Source: Bacteroidales bacterium
Lineage (GTDB): Bacteria; Bacteroidota; Bacteroidia; Bacteroidales; JAADJA01
Assembly: GCA_020438135.1 (NCBI GenBank)
Contig: JAGQVF010000083.1
Span: forward strand, 4,415 to 68,414
Direction: 5' to 3'
Length of the DNA stretch: 64,000 nucleotides
Shown here: positions 45,079 through 54,109 of the stretch, in pieces
Layout of the letters: every line of letters begins with the position of its first letter
Numbering within the stretch: position 1 is the first letter of the stretch
The notes under the pieces: generated by a model
The model's database searches: none
Told to the model about the DNA's origin: nothing
What the model saw: only the letters and a program-made list of their open reading frames with translations
Made by a program: the position numbers and the translations under genes

Positions 45079-46794
45079 ATGGAAAATTTTATTGTATCTG
45101 CAAGAAAATACAGGCCGCAAACTTTTGATACTGTAGTTGGCCAGAAGTCTATCACCAACACACTCAAAAATGCGATCAGGAGCAATCATCTTGCACAGGC
45201 ATTTCTTTTTTGTGGTCCGAGGGGTGTCGGAAAAACTACCTGCGCTCGTATTCTTGCTAAAACCATCAATTGCCAAAACTTGTCTGAAAATATCGAAGCG
45301 TGTGATGAATGCGAATCATGTAAATCTTTCAACAGGTCTGCTTCATTTAATATACATGAACTTGATGCAGCTTCCAACAATTCTGTTGACGATATCCGCA
45401 ACCTGGTAGACCAGGTGAGAATTCCTCCACAGGTTGGGAAATATAAGGTATATATTATCGATGAGGTGCACATGCTTTCGCAGGCTGCCTTCAATGCCTT
45501 TCTGAAAACCCTGGAAGAGCCGCCTGCCTATGCTAAATTTATTCTTGCTACCACTGAAAAACATAAAATTATCCCAACCATCCTTTCCCGGTGCCAGATT
45601 TATGATTTCCGGCGGATTACGATCGAGGACATTACCGGACACCTTGTGTATGTAGCGCAGCAGGAAGATGTAGAGGCTGAGCAGGATGCGTTGCACGTTA
45701 TTGCGCAAAAATCAGACGGGGCTTTAAGGGATGCGTTATCGATTTTCGACCAGATCATCAGCTTTAGCGGTCGACACATCACATACAAAAACGTGATTGA
45801 AAACCTGAATGTGCTCGATTACGATTATTATTTCAGGATCGTTGAAGCTTTGCTCGCTCACGATATCAGTCAAACCCTTTTGATCATCAATGAAATTATC
45901 GATAATGGTTTTGATGGTCAACATTTTTTAACCGGCTTTGCAGAACACCTCAGAAATTTGCTGGTTTGTAAAGATTCTGCTACCATCGAACTGCTGGAGG
46001 TCGGTGGTAAACTGAAAGGCCGCTATGGCGAACAATCCCGTTCCTGTTCAGTCGATTTTCTTATCCACGCACTTGATGTTAGCAATAAATGTGATCTGGA
46101 TTATAAGATCAGCAATCACAAAAAGATTCATCTCGAACTTGCATTGATCCAAATCAGCACTTACGGTGCCGAAGGTAGAATGACCAAGGGAAACACTCCA
46201 CCCGTTTCTGTAAACAAACCAAAAGAGCAAAGCAAAGAGCAGTCATCCGGTTATATAAAACCTGAGTCTGAAAAAAAACCGGCGGAACCTGTGATTGTAC
46301 CTGTTTCAAAGCCCACTGCTACAGCTAAAGTTTCAAAACAAAGTCCGGTTCCGGGAACCATTTCGATTAAAAATAAAATGGAAGAACCCACACGGCAGAA
46401 TGACTCCGATGAGGATCTTTCAAACAAGCCTGCGGATGAATTTACCAACGAGCAATTGGAATCTGCCTGGTTAAAAATGGCCAATGATTTCCTGTCGGAT
46501 AAAAACTTTTTTATCACATTAACCAAATATAAACCGGTATTAAAAGATGGTAATCAGGTTGAATTTACGGTCGATAACAAAGTTCAAAAAGAAGATATCA
46601 TTGAACGTAAATTGGAATTGCTCCCTACTTTGCGGAAAGAACTGAATAATTTCCATTTTCAGTTTGAGGTACTTGTAAACGAACAACAGAGTCAAAATAA
46701 GGCCTACTTCCCCCGGGAAAAATTTGAAAATATGGCTAAAAAGAACCCGGCATTGAAGAAAATGAAGGATCAGCTAAACCTTGAGATTGAATAA
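45079..46794 (+). CDS. dnaX: DNA polymerase III subunits gamma/tau
   Basis: ARKYRPQTFDTVVGQ, Walker A GPRGVGKTT, a Zn module (CQNLSENIEACDECESC), Walker B YIIDEVHML and sensor SRCQ. Confidence 0.95.
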   Translation: MENFIVSARKYRPQTFDTVVGQKSITNTLKNAIRSNHLAQAFLFCGPRGVGKTTCARILAKTINCQNLSENIEACDECESCKSFNRSASFNIHELDAASNNSVDDIRNLVDQVRIPPQVGKYKVYIIDEVHMLSQAAFNAFLKTLEEPPAYAKFILATTEKHKIIPTILSRCQIYDFRRITIEDITGHLVYVAQQEDVEAEQDALHVIAQKSDGALRDALSIFDQIISFSGRHITYKNVIENLNVLDYDYYFRIVEALLAHDISQTLLIINEIIDNGFDGQHFLTGFAEHLRNLLVCKDSATIELLEVGGKLKGRYGEQSRSCSVDFLIHALDVSNKCDLDYKISNHKKIHLELALIQISTYGAEGRMTKGNTPPVSVNKPKEQSKEQSSGYIKPESEKKPAEPVIVPVSKPTATAKVSKQSPVPGTISIKNKMEEPTRQNDSDEDLSNKPADEFTNEQLESAWLKMANDFLSDKNFFITLTKYKPVLKDGNQVEFTVDNKVQKEDIIERKLELLPTLRKELNNFHFQFEVLVNEQQSQNKAYFPREKFENMAKKNPALKKMKDQLNLEIE

Positions 46795-46818
46795 TTTTCT
46801 TACCAAAATTTGATTGTC

Positions 46819-47364
46819 ATGAAGTGGATATCCCGAATTATACTTAATCTCTGGGGTTGGAAAATTACCGGTAACATTCCTGAAGATGTCAAAAAATGTG
46901 TAGTGGTTGTTGCTCCCCACACAAGCAATTGGGATTTTATAATAGGCCGTTTGGCATATTTTGTTTTGGGTTTGAAGGTTAAATTTCTCATCAAAAAGGA
47001 GCTTTTCTTTTTTCCGCTTGGGCCGGTTTTAAAGTGGCTGGGAGCCATTCCTGTCAATCGGGGAAAAAGCACACGCATGGTAGACTATATCGCAGATTTG
47101 TTTAGTCAGTACGATTCGCTGTATATTACCATAACTCCAGAAGGAACCCGTAGTCTTGTAACCCGCTGGAAACGGGGATTTTATTTTGTTGCATTAAAAG
47201 CAAAAGTTCCTATTGCACTGGGTGTACTCGATTACAAGCAAAAAACCGGCGGAGTAGTAAAGATTTTTGAACCTACGGGCGACTATGAAGCGGATATTAA
47301 AATGATTGAAGAGATATACAGGGGAAGGGGAGCCCGGCACCCCGAAAAGTTTAACCTGACCTGA
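46819..47364 (+). CDS. PlsC-family lysophospholipid acyltransferase
   Basis: HxxxxD motif in VVAPHTSNWDF, and PEGTRS. I prefer the ATG at 46819 over the TTG at 46810. Confidence 0.8.
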   Translation: MKWISRIILNLWGWKITGNIPEDVKKCVVVVAPHTSNWDFIIGRLAYFVLGLKVKFLIKKELFFFPLGPVLKWLGAIPVNRGKSTRMVDYIADLFSQYDSLYITITPEGTRSLVTRWKRGFYFVALKAKVPIALGVLDYKQKTGGVVKIFEPTGDYEADIKMIEEIYRGRGARHPEKFNLT

Positions 47365-47367
47365 TGA

Positions 47368-47907
47368 TCAGCGATACCTGTTTGAGGTAAACCGTTGCAC
47401 CTGAAGCTCCTGCCAGGGAACCTGCTGACAAATACCGGCCTTTCGTTTAACGATATGCATTTGCTGTTCGATGGTTTCGATTCCGCCAATTCCGGGAAGT
47501 AATACGGCCCGGTTGTGCTTATCATCTGAAACGATTACACCATAGATTGACGGATCCAGATCATCTTCAGCATAAACTGCTTCGGGAAGGGTTAAAATAT
47601 CTACAGAAATTTCAAGTTCGTCCAGCTCATTTATTGTTAAAGGTTTGAACCGGCCATCTCTGAAAGCCGCAGAAATAGCATTTCTTTTGATTTCTTCAAA
47701 CAGGTTATTTTCCTGGGGATAAATGGTCCCGACACACCCTCTCAGTTCACCGTTTTTTAAATGCAGTGAAACAAAACATCCTTTTCTGATCGTGAAAATT
47801 TCAGCAGGAATTTCAGGCGTTGGCTCCGGGTGGGTTATTCCCACACCAAGTTGCCGGGTGATGGCATCAAGAGCAATTTGAGTATATGGCGATTGGGGTG
47901 AATACAT
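47368..47907 (-). CDS. AMMECR1-domain protein
   Basis: 179 aa. The family hallmark LRGCVGTI is followed by RFKPLT..EL. Confidence 0.85.
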   Translation of the reverse strand: MYSPQSPYTQIALDAITRQLGVGITHPEPTPEIPAEIFTIRKGCFVSLHLKNGELRGCVGTIYPQENNLFEEIKRNAISAAFRDGRFKPLTINELDELEISVDILTLPEAVYAEDDLDPSIYGVIVSDDKHNRAVLLPGIGGIETIEQQMHIVKRKAGICQQVPWQELQVQRFTSNRYR

Positions 47908-47909
47908 CT

Positions 47910-48566
47910 TTATTTATTTTTATCCATCAAATCCTCTGTTCGTTCAAGTCCGAATTCGTTGTAATAATATTTTTTATGATCGGTTTCTGATTCATCGTGG
48001 CTGTAGTTGATGTATTCCTCTGATAACAATACACCATTTTCGTCGGGTTCGAGAATGATACGTGCCTTAACCGATCCGTCGTCATAATAACTGATGTCCT
48101 CAATCTTGTGTCCTCGCTGGTTATACTTGAAGGTATTCCTGGCTTTGCGTTGTAAAACATCGTTGGCATCGTATGAGTAAAAATTCTGTTCGATTTTCTG
48201 ATTGAGGTCGTTGTAAGTAAATACATTAACGTTTTTAAATTTCAACTCTCCTGATGGAGCATACGATTCTTTGGTTTCCCGGATCAGGTTATTATTTTCA
48301 TCATACTCGTAAAAATAGCTGTCTTTCGATCGAACGCTGTTATCCGATTTTCTGTACGAAATGGCATGCCTTTCAATTATATTACCATTATCGTCATGAA
48401 CAACTTCAGGTTTTTCCCTTTCTGATTTTGGATCCGCCTGTTTTTCTGTTTCACTTTTTTGTTCAGCCTTTTTATCTTTTGCCTGATCGCATTGCCACAT
48501 AGTAAAGCCAATCCCAATGATCAAAATAATCCAAAGGTATTTTCTTGTTCTCATAGATTTATGCAT
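47910..48566 (-). CDS. Probable lipoprotein with YD/MORN-like short repeats
   Basis: The signal ends ...IIGIGFTMWQC followed by a charged region. Short repeats recur (YFYEYDENNNLI, FTYNDLNQKI, YSYDANDVL). The start is ambiguous: ATG 48566 or 48554, while the ORF track uses GTG 48584. Confidence 0.55.
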   Translation of the reverse strand: MHKSMRTRKYLWIILIIGIGFTMWQCDQAKDKKAEQKSETEKQADPKSEREKPEVVHDDNGNIIERHAISYRKSDNSVRSKDSYFYEYDENNNLIRETKESYAPSGELKFKNVNVFTYNDLNQKIEQNFYSYDANDVLQRKARNTFKYNQRGHKIEDISYYDDGSVKARIILEPDENGVLLSEEYINYSHDESETDHKKYYYNEFGLERTEDLMDKNK

Positions 48567-48625
48567 TCTTTTTACAAAAGTCACAAATTCGTTTCAAATC
48601 TAAACTTCAAAAATGTTAATATATT

Positions 48626-49591
48626 TTAATTGTCGAGAAGGCCTCGTCCCGTCTTAACAAGTGTTTTTTCGTTTTTCAGATCCAGGATCAATTTGTCAAG
48701 TACCCCATTTACGAATACCTTACTCTTTGGTGTGCTGTAAAGTTTTGCCAGTTCGATGTATTCATTCAGGGTAACTTTTACAGGAATGGATGGAAATTCA
48801 AGTAATTCAACAAGTGCCATTTTAATCAGCAGGGTATCCATGATGGCGATCCTGTCCATCTCCCAGTTTTTAACCTTATTTTCGATCAGGTTCATATACT
48901 TTTCGCTGTTAACAATGGTTTTCCTGAAGAGCAATTTTACAAATGTTTTATCTTCTTCGGGATCATCGCTGTCGTTTACTTTAAAAATGGTGGGCAATTT
49001 ATGAGTGTTGTCCCATGATTCTTCATATGTTTTAATGGTTCTGGCCACCAGTAGGTTGGCTGTAAAAAAATCTTCTGACCAGTAGATGCTTCGCTCTTCA
49101 AAATAAAAATGGAGAATCTCTGATTTTGCCAAAATCTTTTTCAGTATTCTGATCAGTATTTCTTTATCTTCTTCGTAACCCGATTTGGCAGCACTCATAT
49201 AATCTTTATAGTCGTCTGATTCTCTTATCTCCACATAAATTTTCCGGATCATCTCCTGTTCTTCTGACCAGTTGATCTTATAGGCTTCTGCATACCTTTT
49301 GAAATCAAGATTTTCGTTGAGTTGAGCGATAAACCTGTTATCGATAAACCGGGTGTTTGGGTTGAGGTCCTCTTCGGTGGGGAAGAACTTTTTTTTGTTT
49401 TCTTCGATCCGTTTTCCCGCGAATTCAACCAATTCGGAAAGAAAAGAAAACTGGTAAATATAGTTTTCGTAAAGTTTATTCAGGCTTCTGAACAACTCTT
49501 TTTCGCCCAAATCGATACGTTCATTATCTGATTGAAGAAAAGCATATAAAGCCTGCAATACTTTAACCCTCAATATCCTTCTGCTTAACAT
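48626..49591 (-). CDS. nusB: Transcription antitermination factor NusB (long Bacteroidetes form)
   Basis: N-terminal SRRILRVKVLQALYAF. The C-terminal NusB core is DRIAIMDTLLIKMALVELLEF..IPVKVTLNEYIELAKLYSTPKSKVFVNGVLDK. Confidence 0.85.
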   Translation of the reverse strand: MLSRRILRVKVLQALYAFLQSDNERIDLGEKELFRSLNKLYENYIYQFSFLSELVEFAGKRIEENKKKFFPTEEDLNPNTRFIDNRFIAQLNENLDFKRYAEAYKINWSEEQEMIRKIYVEIRESDDYKDYMSAAKSGYEEDKEILIRILKKILAKSEILHFYFEERSIYWSEDFFTANLLVARTIKTYEESWDNTHKLPTIFKVNDSDDPEEDKTFVKLLFRKTIVNSEKYMNLIENKVKNWEMDRIAIMDTLLIKMALVELLEFPSIPVKVTLNEYIELAKLYSTPKSKVFVNGVLDKLILDLKNEKTLVKTGRGLLDN

Positions 49592-49615
49592 AGAACTATT
49601 TCAAAGAATTTGCAG

Positions 49616-49623
49616 CAAAGATA
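49616..49623 (-). promoter_or_regulatory. Bacteroidetes-type -7 box (TATCTTTG on the - strand) upstream of nusB
   Basis: The + strand reads caaagata, 25 nt upstream of the start at 49591. Confidence 0.4.
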
Positions 49624-49680
49624 AAAAATTAGGATAATTTGCGGCAATTATATGGTTTTTTCGGTGGAAAGCTTTTTCTG

Positions 49681-50340
49681 TTAACTGAACAATGACCAGG
49701 TGATCAATAATTCCTCATCTTCCTGCCATTTGATCCATCCGCTCCCTTTTTCTTTAAAGTCTTTATCGAGAAGTTTTACCTCAATCCAGGAATGGCGTAT
49801 TCCCACTGGCCTCAGAAATTCATACGGTATTGTTGATTCGGATGCATGATCGAGCGGTTTGATCTTTACCGGATTCGAAGCCGGATCTAGCTGCTCGACA
49901 CTGTTCATCGACAACAGAAAGTCAGGCCAGAATTGAAGATTCCCGTCATACCTGCTCATCCAGGCAGTGCGGCCGGTAAGTTTATTAACCACCACTTGTA
50001 TGAAATCCCCATGAATGGTTAAAACCCTGAGATAAAGTGTTTCGTAATCCATTTTCATGTGTTCGGGAACAAACCAGGGTGGAGCATACGAAATGGTAAC
50101 GCCGGTTTCAGTTCGGTGAAAAGTGAGGCTGTCCCACGGCATATGTTCCATCACACCTTTATCCAGATTTGGATCTCCATAAAAAGAAACCATTGCGTTT
50201 TCATAAAAATTGGGTGCAAACATTCCCAAACCGATCGGTATTTTATCTTCTTCCGGCGGTGTTTCTAATGGTGGCTTTGACGAGGTTAAGATGAAAACCG
50301 GCAGGCAACAAAATAAAAAGAGCTGAAAAAATGCTTTCAT
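49681..50340 (-). CDS. Secreted hypothetical protein
   Basis: 219-aa ORF with signal peptide MKAFFQLFLFCCLPVFILTSS. I recognise no family motif. Confidence 0.6.
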   Translation of the reverse strand: MKAFFQLFLFCCLPVFILTSSKPPLETPPEEDKIPIGLGMFAPNFYENAMVSFYGDPNLDKGVMEHMPWDSLTFHRTETGVTISYAPPWFVPEHMKMDYETLYLRVLTIHGDFIQVVVNKLTGRTAWMSRYDGNLQFWPDFLLSMNSVEQLDPASNPVKIKPLDHASESTIPYEFLRPVGIRHSWIEVKLLDKDFKEKGSGWIKWQEDEELLITWSLFS

Positions 50341-50424
50341 GGTTAGTTGTTTGAAATGTTTGTTTTAATAACCCGAAACAGGATTTTTAGTTTAAAACAA
50401 AATTATTTTTGTTCCTGAAATTGA

Positions 50425-50432
50425 TACTTTTG
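50425..50432 (+). promoter_or_regulatory. Bacteroidetes-type -7 box TACTTTTG only 4 nt before the ATG (leaderless or near-leaderless transcript)
   Basis: Matches TAnnTTTG. The ATG is at 50437. Confidence 0.4.
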
Positions 50433-50436
50433 GTGC

Positions 50437-50682
50437 ATGTTAGTGATTTTCGGATACGGACATAAAACAAACAAAACCGACGAACTGAGGCAAATCAGCC
50501 ATTGTTTCAATTGTGGCAACGACCGTCGCTGGATTCTTGGCAAACAAAGCACATGGTTCACTTTGTTTTTTATTCCGGTGGTGCCTGTAAAAAATGAATA
50601 TCTCGAATATTGTCCGGTGTGCGGGAAAGGAAACCGGCTTTCCGCCGTCGAATATCAAAACAAATTAAATCAAATAGTATGA
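50437..50682 (+). CDS. Zinc-ribbon domain membrane protein
   Basis: 81 aa. Two CxxC pairs (CFNCGN, CPVCGK) flank a hydrophobic segment WFTLFFIPVVPV. Confidence 0.7.
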   Translation: MLVIFGYGHKTNKTDELRQISHCFNCGNDRRWILGKQSTWFTLFFIPVVPVKNEYLEYCPVCGKGNRLSAVEYQNKLNQIV

Positions 50683-51176
50683 AAAACCTTATGATAAAAT
50701 TTGCAACAATATTTGCTTTGTTGTTCTGGTTCGGAACGAATCAAACCATTTCACAGGAATCAAAACCGTATGATCCGGGCAAAGATGGAAAACAGCAAAT
50801 CAGCGAGGCAATTGCCGAAGCCGGCGAAAGCGGCAAACATGTTTTTGTGATGATCGGTGGAAACTGGTGCCCGTGGTGTCTTCGGTTTCATAAGTTTATT
50901 CATGAAGACCAAACCATCGATTCGCTTCTGAAGGCCGATTATGTTTTTACCATGCTCAACTACAGCAAAGAAAATAAAAACGAAGATGTGCTGGTGTCAC
51001 TGGGTTATCCCCAGCGATTCGGATTCCCGGTTTTTGTGATCCTCGACGGAAATGGCCATCGAATCCATACCCAAAACAGCGCTTATCTCGAAAAGGATAA
51101 GTCGTACGATGCCAAAGAAGTGATCGGTTTTTTGAAACACTGGTCGCCGGCAGCACTTGATCCTGAGAATTATTAG
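50679..51176 (+). CDS. Secreted thioredoxin-fold protein (CxxC)
   Basis: I prefer the ATG at 50679 (MKNLMIKFATIFALLFWFG signal), which forms an ATGA overlap with the upstream stop. The redox motif is GGNWCPWCLRF. Confidence 0.8.
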   Translation: MKNLMIKFATIFALLFWFGTNQTISQESKPYDPGKDGKQQISEAIAEAGESGKHVFVMIGGNWCPWCLRFHKFIHEDQTIDSLLKADYVFTMLNYSKENKNEDVLVSLGYPQRFGFPVFVILDGNGHRIHTQNSAYLEKDKSYDAKEVIGFLKHWSPAALDPENY

Positions 51177-52117
51177 ACTTTCCGGCTTTTCCCTAATTTC
51201 GAAAGGATATATTGAACCTTTTCACCGGTTGGCAATTCACCATCGATCCAGTCGATTTGAATGCCCTGTTTTTCCATCCGCCTGAACCAGGTCATCTGCC
51301 GTTTTGCAAATTGATGGATGGCCGTGTTCAGCAATCGAAACATTTCATCTTTTGAGATTTCGCCTGTTACATATTGGGTCAGGTAGCGATATTCCAGTCC
51401 GTAAAATTTTAGCTGGTCGGCTGTGAGACCTTTGTTCAGCAATTCTTTTACTTCGTCTATCATGCCCGCCTCAAGTCTATCTTTTAGCCGGGTTGTGATC
51501 CTTTCACGGATCATTTTTCGTTCGAAATAAACACCAAAAACCTTCGCATCAAAATCAGGGAAAGATGCTCCTTTTTTTTCATGCTCACGGTAAAACTCCT
51601 GGATTTCAATGGCTCTTATCAACCGATTTTTATCCCTGGTATCGGTGGTGTTGTGGGGCGTTTTGTATGATTGAAGCTTATGTGTCAGTGTCTCGTCATC
51701 CAGCTTGCCGAGTTCTTTTCTCAATGTGCTGTTTTTCGGAACATCAAGCAGTTGGTATCCCTTTAATACCGATTCGATGTACATTCCGGTGCCTCCGCAA
51801 AGAATGGGAGTTTTTCCCCTTTCGGTAATATCATTGAAGATGCGGATGAAATCACGCTGAAATTCAAAAACATTGTATTCATGACCTGCATCTGCAATAT
51901 CCACAAGGTGATAGGGGATCATTGAACCATCCACTTCATAATCCGAGAAATCTTTGCCGGTGGCGAGATCCATGCCCCGGTATACCTGCCGTGAATCGGC
52001 ACTGATGATCTCTCCTGTAATTTGATTTGCCACCCGGGCTGCCAGGGCTGTTTTTCCGGTAGCCGTTGGACCGGTAATGACAAGAAGCAGCGGTTTGTTG
52101 TTATCTGGTTGTTTCAT
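51173..52117 (-). CDS. miaA: tRNA dimethylallyltransferase
   Basis: P-loop ITGPTATGKTALA, then SADSRQVYRGMDLATGK and HHLVD-like YHLVD. Confidence 0.95.
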   Translation of the reverse strand: MKQPDNNKPLLLVITGPTATGKTALAARVANQITGEIISADSRQVYRGMDLATGKDFSDYEVDGSMIPYHLVDIADAGHEYNVFEFQRDFIRIFNDITERGKTPILCGGTGMYIESVLKGYQLLDVPKNSTLRKELGKLDDETLTHKLQSYKTPHNTTDTRDKNRLIRAIEIQEFYREHEKKGASFPDFDAKVFGVYFERKMIRERITTRLKDRLEAGMIDEVKELLNKGLTADQLKFYGLEYRYLTQYVTGEISKDEMFRLLNTAIHQFAKRQMTWFRRMEKQGIQIDWIDGELPTGEKVQYILSKLGKSRKV

Positions 52118-53318
52118 TTTTCTGATAATTTTCTTCGATCCCGGCTAGCACATTCCTGATTTCATCCAGCTGGTCTACCTTGCAGGCATCAAAACTAAAG
52201 TTCTTACCGGGATCGATTGGTTTCCACTCATTTGAGAAAAATTGAAGCATAAAAGTACGAAGATTGTTTTCATCCGCTGAATCACTTCCTAAGTGTTTCC
52301 ATTTCAGAAATTGCAAAATTCGGAGTGCATCTATTTTATGGTGACAGGCTTTGACGAATCCGACCTCCGATGTAACGTTATCACGCAGGGCTTGCCAGAT
52401 TTTTACAGTACCAAACTTTTCCTTTAAAAAATCATCCATAGGGGTTTTAACATCTTCAGCATATAAAACATTGAAAAGATTTGTAGTTTCATCAACCAGA
52501 TCGAATAAAGGATGCGGATAAATGGGATAACTTTCCCAGTTGCCGCTTCTTCCTTTAATCATGGCCGGTCCTGTACCGAACCCAACACGGTCGGAAAAGC
52601 GTGCTGCCGGATATACTTTTTCAGGATTATGTGTGAGCACCTTCCCGTATTTCCTCAACTTCTGGATAAAATAAAAGTCTTCTCCGCTTTTGTGAGGAGT
52701 GATGCCACCGACCGCCCGGTAGTTTTTTACAGTGAGAGCGATGGCAGAACCGATGGCTGTAAATGAATAAAAACTGTTGGTCCGCCATAGGTTGAGCGCA
52801 TAATACCGCATGTAGATCTCATACCTGAGAATGGCTCTGTCTTTTTCTTCATTCCCGGTGAGCAGGTGGTAATAAGGAACCGACAAAGCAGCTGAACCGG
52901 GCGATGAACTCAGGGTGTCAGACACCGATTTAAAATACTCCGGATTGAATGTGGTATCGGCATCTAGGCTGATGATGATGTCGTTTTCGCCGGCCATCTC
53001 TGAAATGTAGTCCATCACGGTTTTCCTGGCCCAGCCAACCCCGTATTTTTTACCGGTCCATCCGTTGCCCGGTGAGCATTTGTCGATGATCACAGGCTGG
53101 ATGTCGTCAAATGATCTCAGGAAGTCAAGCGACTGAACATTGCGTTGGCAAATGCCGGCTTTATCCGGCTTGTTCCTCCAGCTTTCAGGCTGATTTACGC
53201 AAATCACCAGCTTCTTATTTAGGAAGGTCTGATTCCGGTAACAATCAATAAACGAAGGAAGATATTCAAGCTCGTCCATCGCAGGCAGTGCCACATATAT
53301 GGTGTTCAATTCCGGCAT
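52101..53318 (-). CDS. GT-A-fold glycosyltransferase-like protein
   Basis: 405 aa. [26 protein letters not shown] and the DxD-like SLDADT. Its 3' end overlaps the miaA start by 17 nt. Confidence 0.65.
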   Translation of the reverse strand: MPELNTIYVALPAMDELEYLPSFIDCYRNQTFLNKKLVICVNQPESWRNKPDKAGICQRNVQSLDFLRSFDDIQPVIIDKCSPGNGWTGKKYGVGWARKTVMDYISEMAGENDIIISLDADTTFNPEYFKSVSDTLSSSPGSAALSVPYYHLLTGNEEKDRAILRYEIYMRYYALNLWRTNSFYSFTAIGSAIALTVKNYRAVGGITPHKSGEDFYFIQKLRKYGKVLTHNPEKVYPAARFSDRVGFGTGPAMIKGRSGNWESYPIYPHPLFDLVDETTNLFNVLYAEDVKTPMDDFLKEKFGTVKIWQALRDNVTSEVGFVKACHHKIDALRILQFLKWKHLGSDSADENNLRTFMLQFFSNEWKPIDPGKNFSFDACKVDQLDEIRNVLAGIEENYQKNETTR

Positions 53319-53351
53319 TTTCGCAAGGGCGTAAAATTAAAGCAATTATTC

Positions 53352-53359
53352 TATCTTTG
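53352..53359 (+). promoter_or_regulatory. Bacteroidetes-type -7 box TATCTTTG upstream of lolD
   Basis: Matches TAnnTTTG, 19 nt upstream of the proposed TTG start at 53378. Confidence 0.4.
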
Positions 53360-53377
53360 CCACCCAAACAAACGTCA

Positions 53378-54046
53378 TTGATCAGGGCAGAAAAAATAGT
53401 TAAATCTTTCGGCAAACTCAAGGTTCTCAAAGGCATCGACCTCGAAATAAAAAAAGGGGAAATTGTTTCGGTGGTAGGTGCATCAGGTGCCGGCAAATCA
53501 ACTTTGTTGCATATTATCGGAACCTTGGATAAACCCGACAGTGGTGATATTTTGTTTGATGATAAGCGGGTTGGTGCAATGAATGATAATCAATTGTCGG
53601 CATTCCGAAACAAACACATCGGTTTTGTTTTCCAGTTTCATCATCTTTTACCGGAATTTACAGCGATCGAAAACGTAAGTATGCCGGCTTTTATCGCCGG
53701 AATGTCGAAAAACAAAGCGCTGAAAAGGGCAGAAGATTTATTGGCATATCTCAATCTTTCTGAGCGAAAAGAGCACAAACCGGCTGAATTGTCAGGCGGC
53801 GAGCAGCAGCGGGTTGCTGTGGCCCGTGCACTGATCAACGATCCGGCAGTGGTGCTTGCCGATGAGCCTTCCGGCAACCTTGATTCAGCTTCTGCCCGGG
53901 AACTGCACGAGTTGTTTTTTAACCTTAGAAAAAAAATAAACCAGACTTTTGTGATCGTTACGCACAATGATGAACTGGCTGATATGGCTGACAGAAAGCT
54001 GGTTATCACTGATGGCGTGATATCTTCCGGCATAACGAAAAAGTAA
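53378..54046 (+). CDS. lolD: Lipoprotein-releasing system ATP-binding protein
   Basis: An in-frame TTG start at 53378 gives [24 protein letters not shown], matching LolD N-termini. Walker [13 protein letters not shown] signature LSGGEQQR, Walker B VVLADEP. The ORF-track GTG at 53288 would overlap the divergent gene. Confidence 0.85.
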   Translation: MIRAEKIVKSFGKLKVLKGIDLEIKKGEIVSVVGASGAGKSTLLHIIGTLDKPDSGDILFDDKRVGAMNDNQLSAFRNKHIGFVFQFHHLLPEFTAIENVSMPAFIAGMSKNKALKRAEDLLAYLNLSERKEHKPAELSGGEQQRVAVARALINDPAVVLADEPSGNLDSASARELHELFFNLRKKINQTFVIVTHNDELADMADRKLVITDGVISSGITKK

Positions 54047-54109
54047 AATAATTGAAGGGCATTATCGTTTCATACCATATTCAAAAAAAGTAAACATTTA
54101 TCAGGATTC

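Noticed and set aside
47368-47907. AmmeMemoRadiSam system
   Set aside because: Only the AMMECR1-domain gene is present. The Memo-like and radical-SAM partner genes are not adjacent, so the three-gene system cannot be called from this window.
50610-50678. 23-codon 5' extension of the thioredoxin-like ORF overlapping the zinc-ribbon gene
   Set aside because: The extension (MSGVRERKPAFRRRISKQIKSNS) is the out-of-frame read of the upstream gene. The ATG at 50679 gives a proper signal peptide and an ATGA coupling.
53288-53377. GTG-initiated 30-codon extension of lolD overlapping the divergent glycosyltransferase gene
   Set aside because: It would put the -7 box inside the coding region. LolD homologues start a few residues before the ...KSFG... 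strand, which matches the TTG at 53378.
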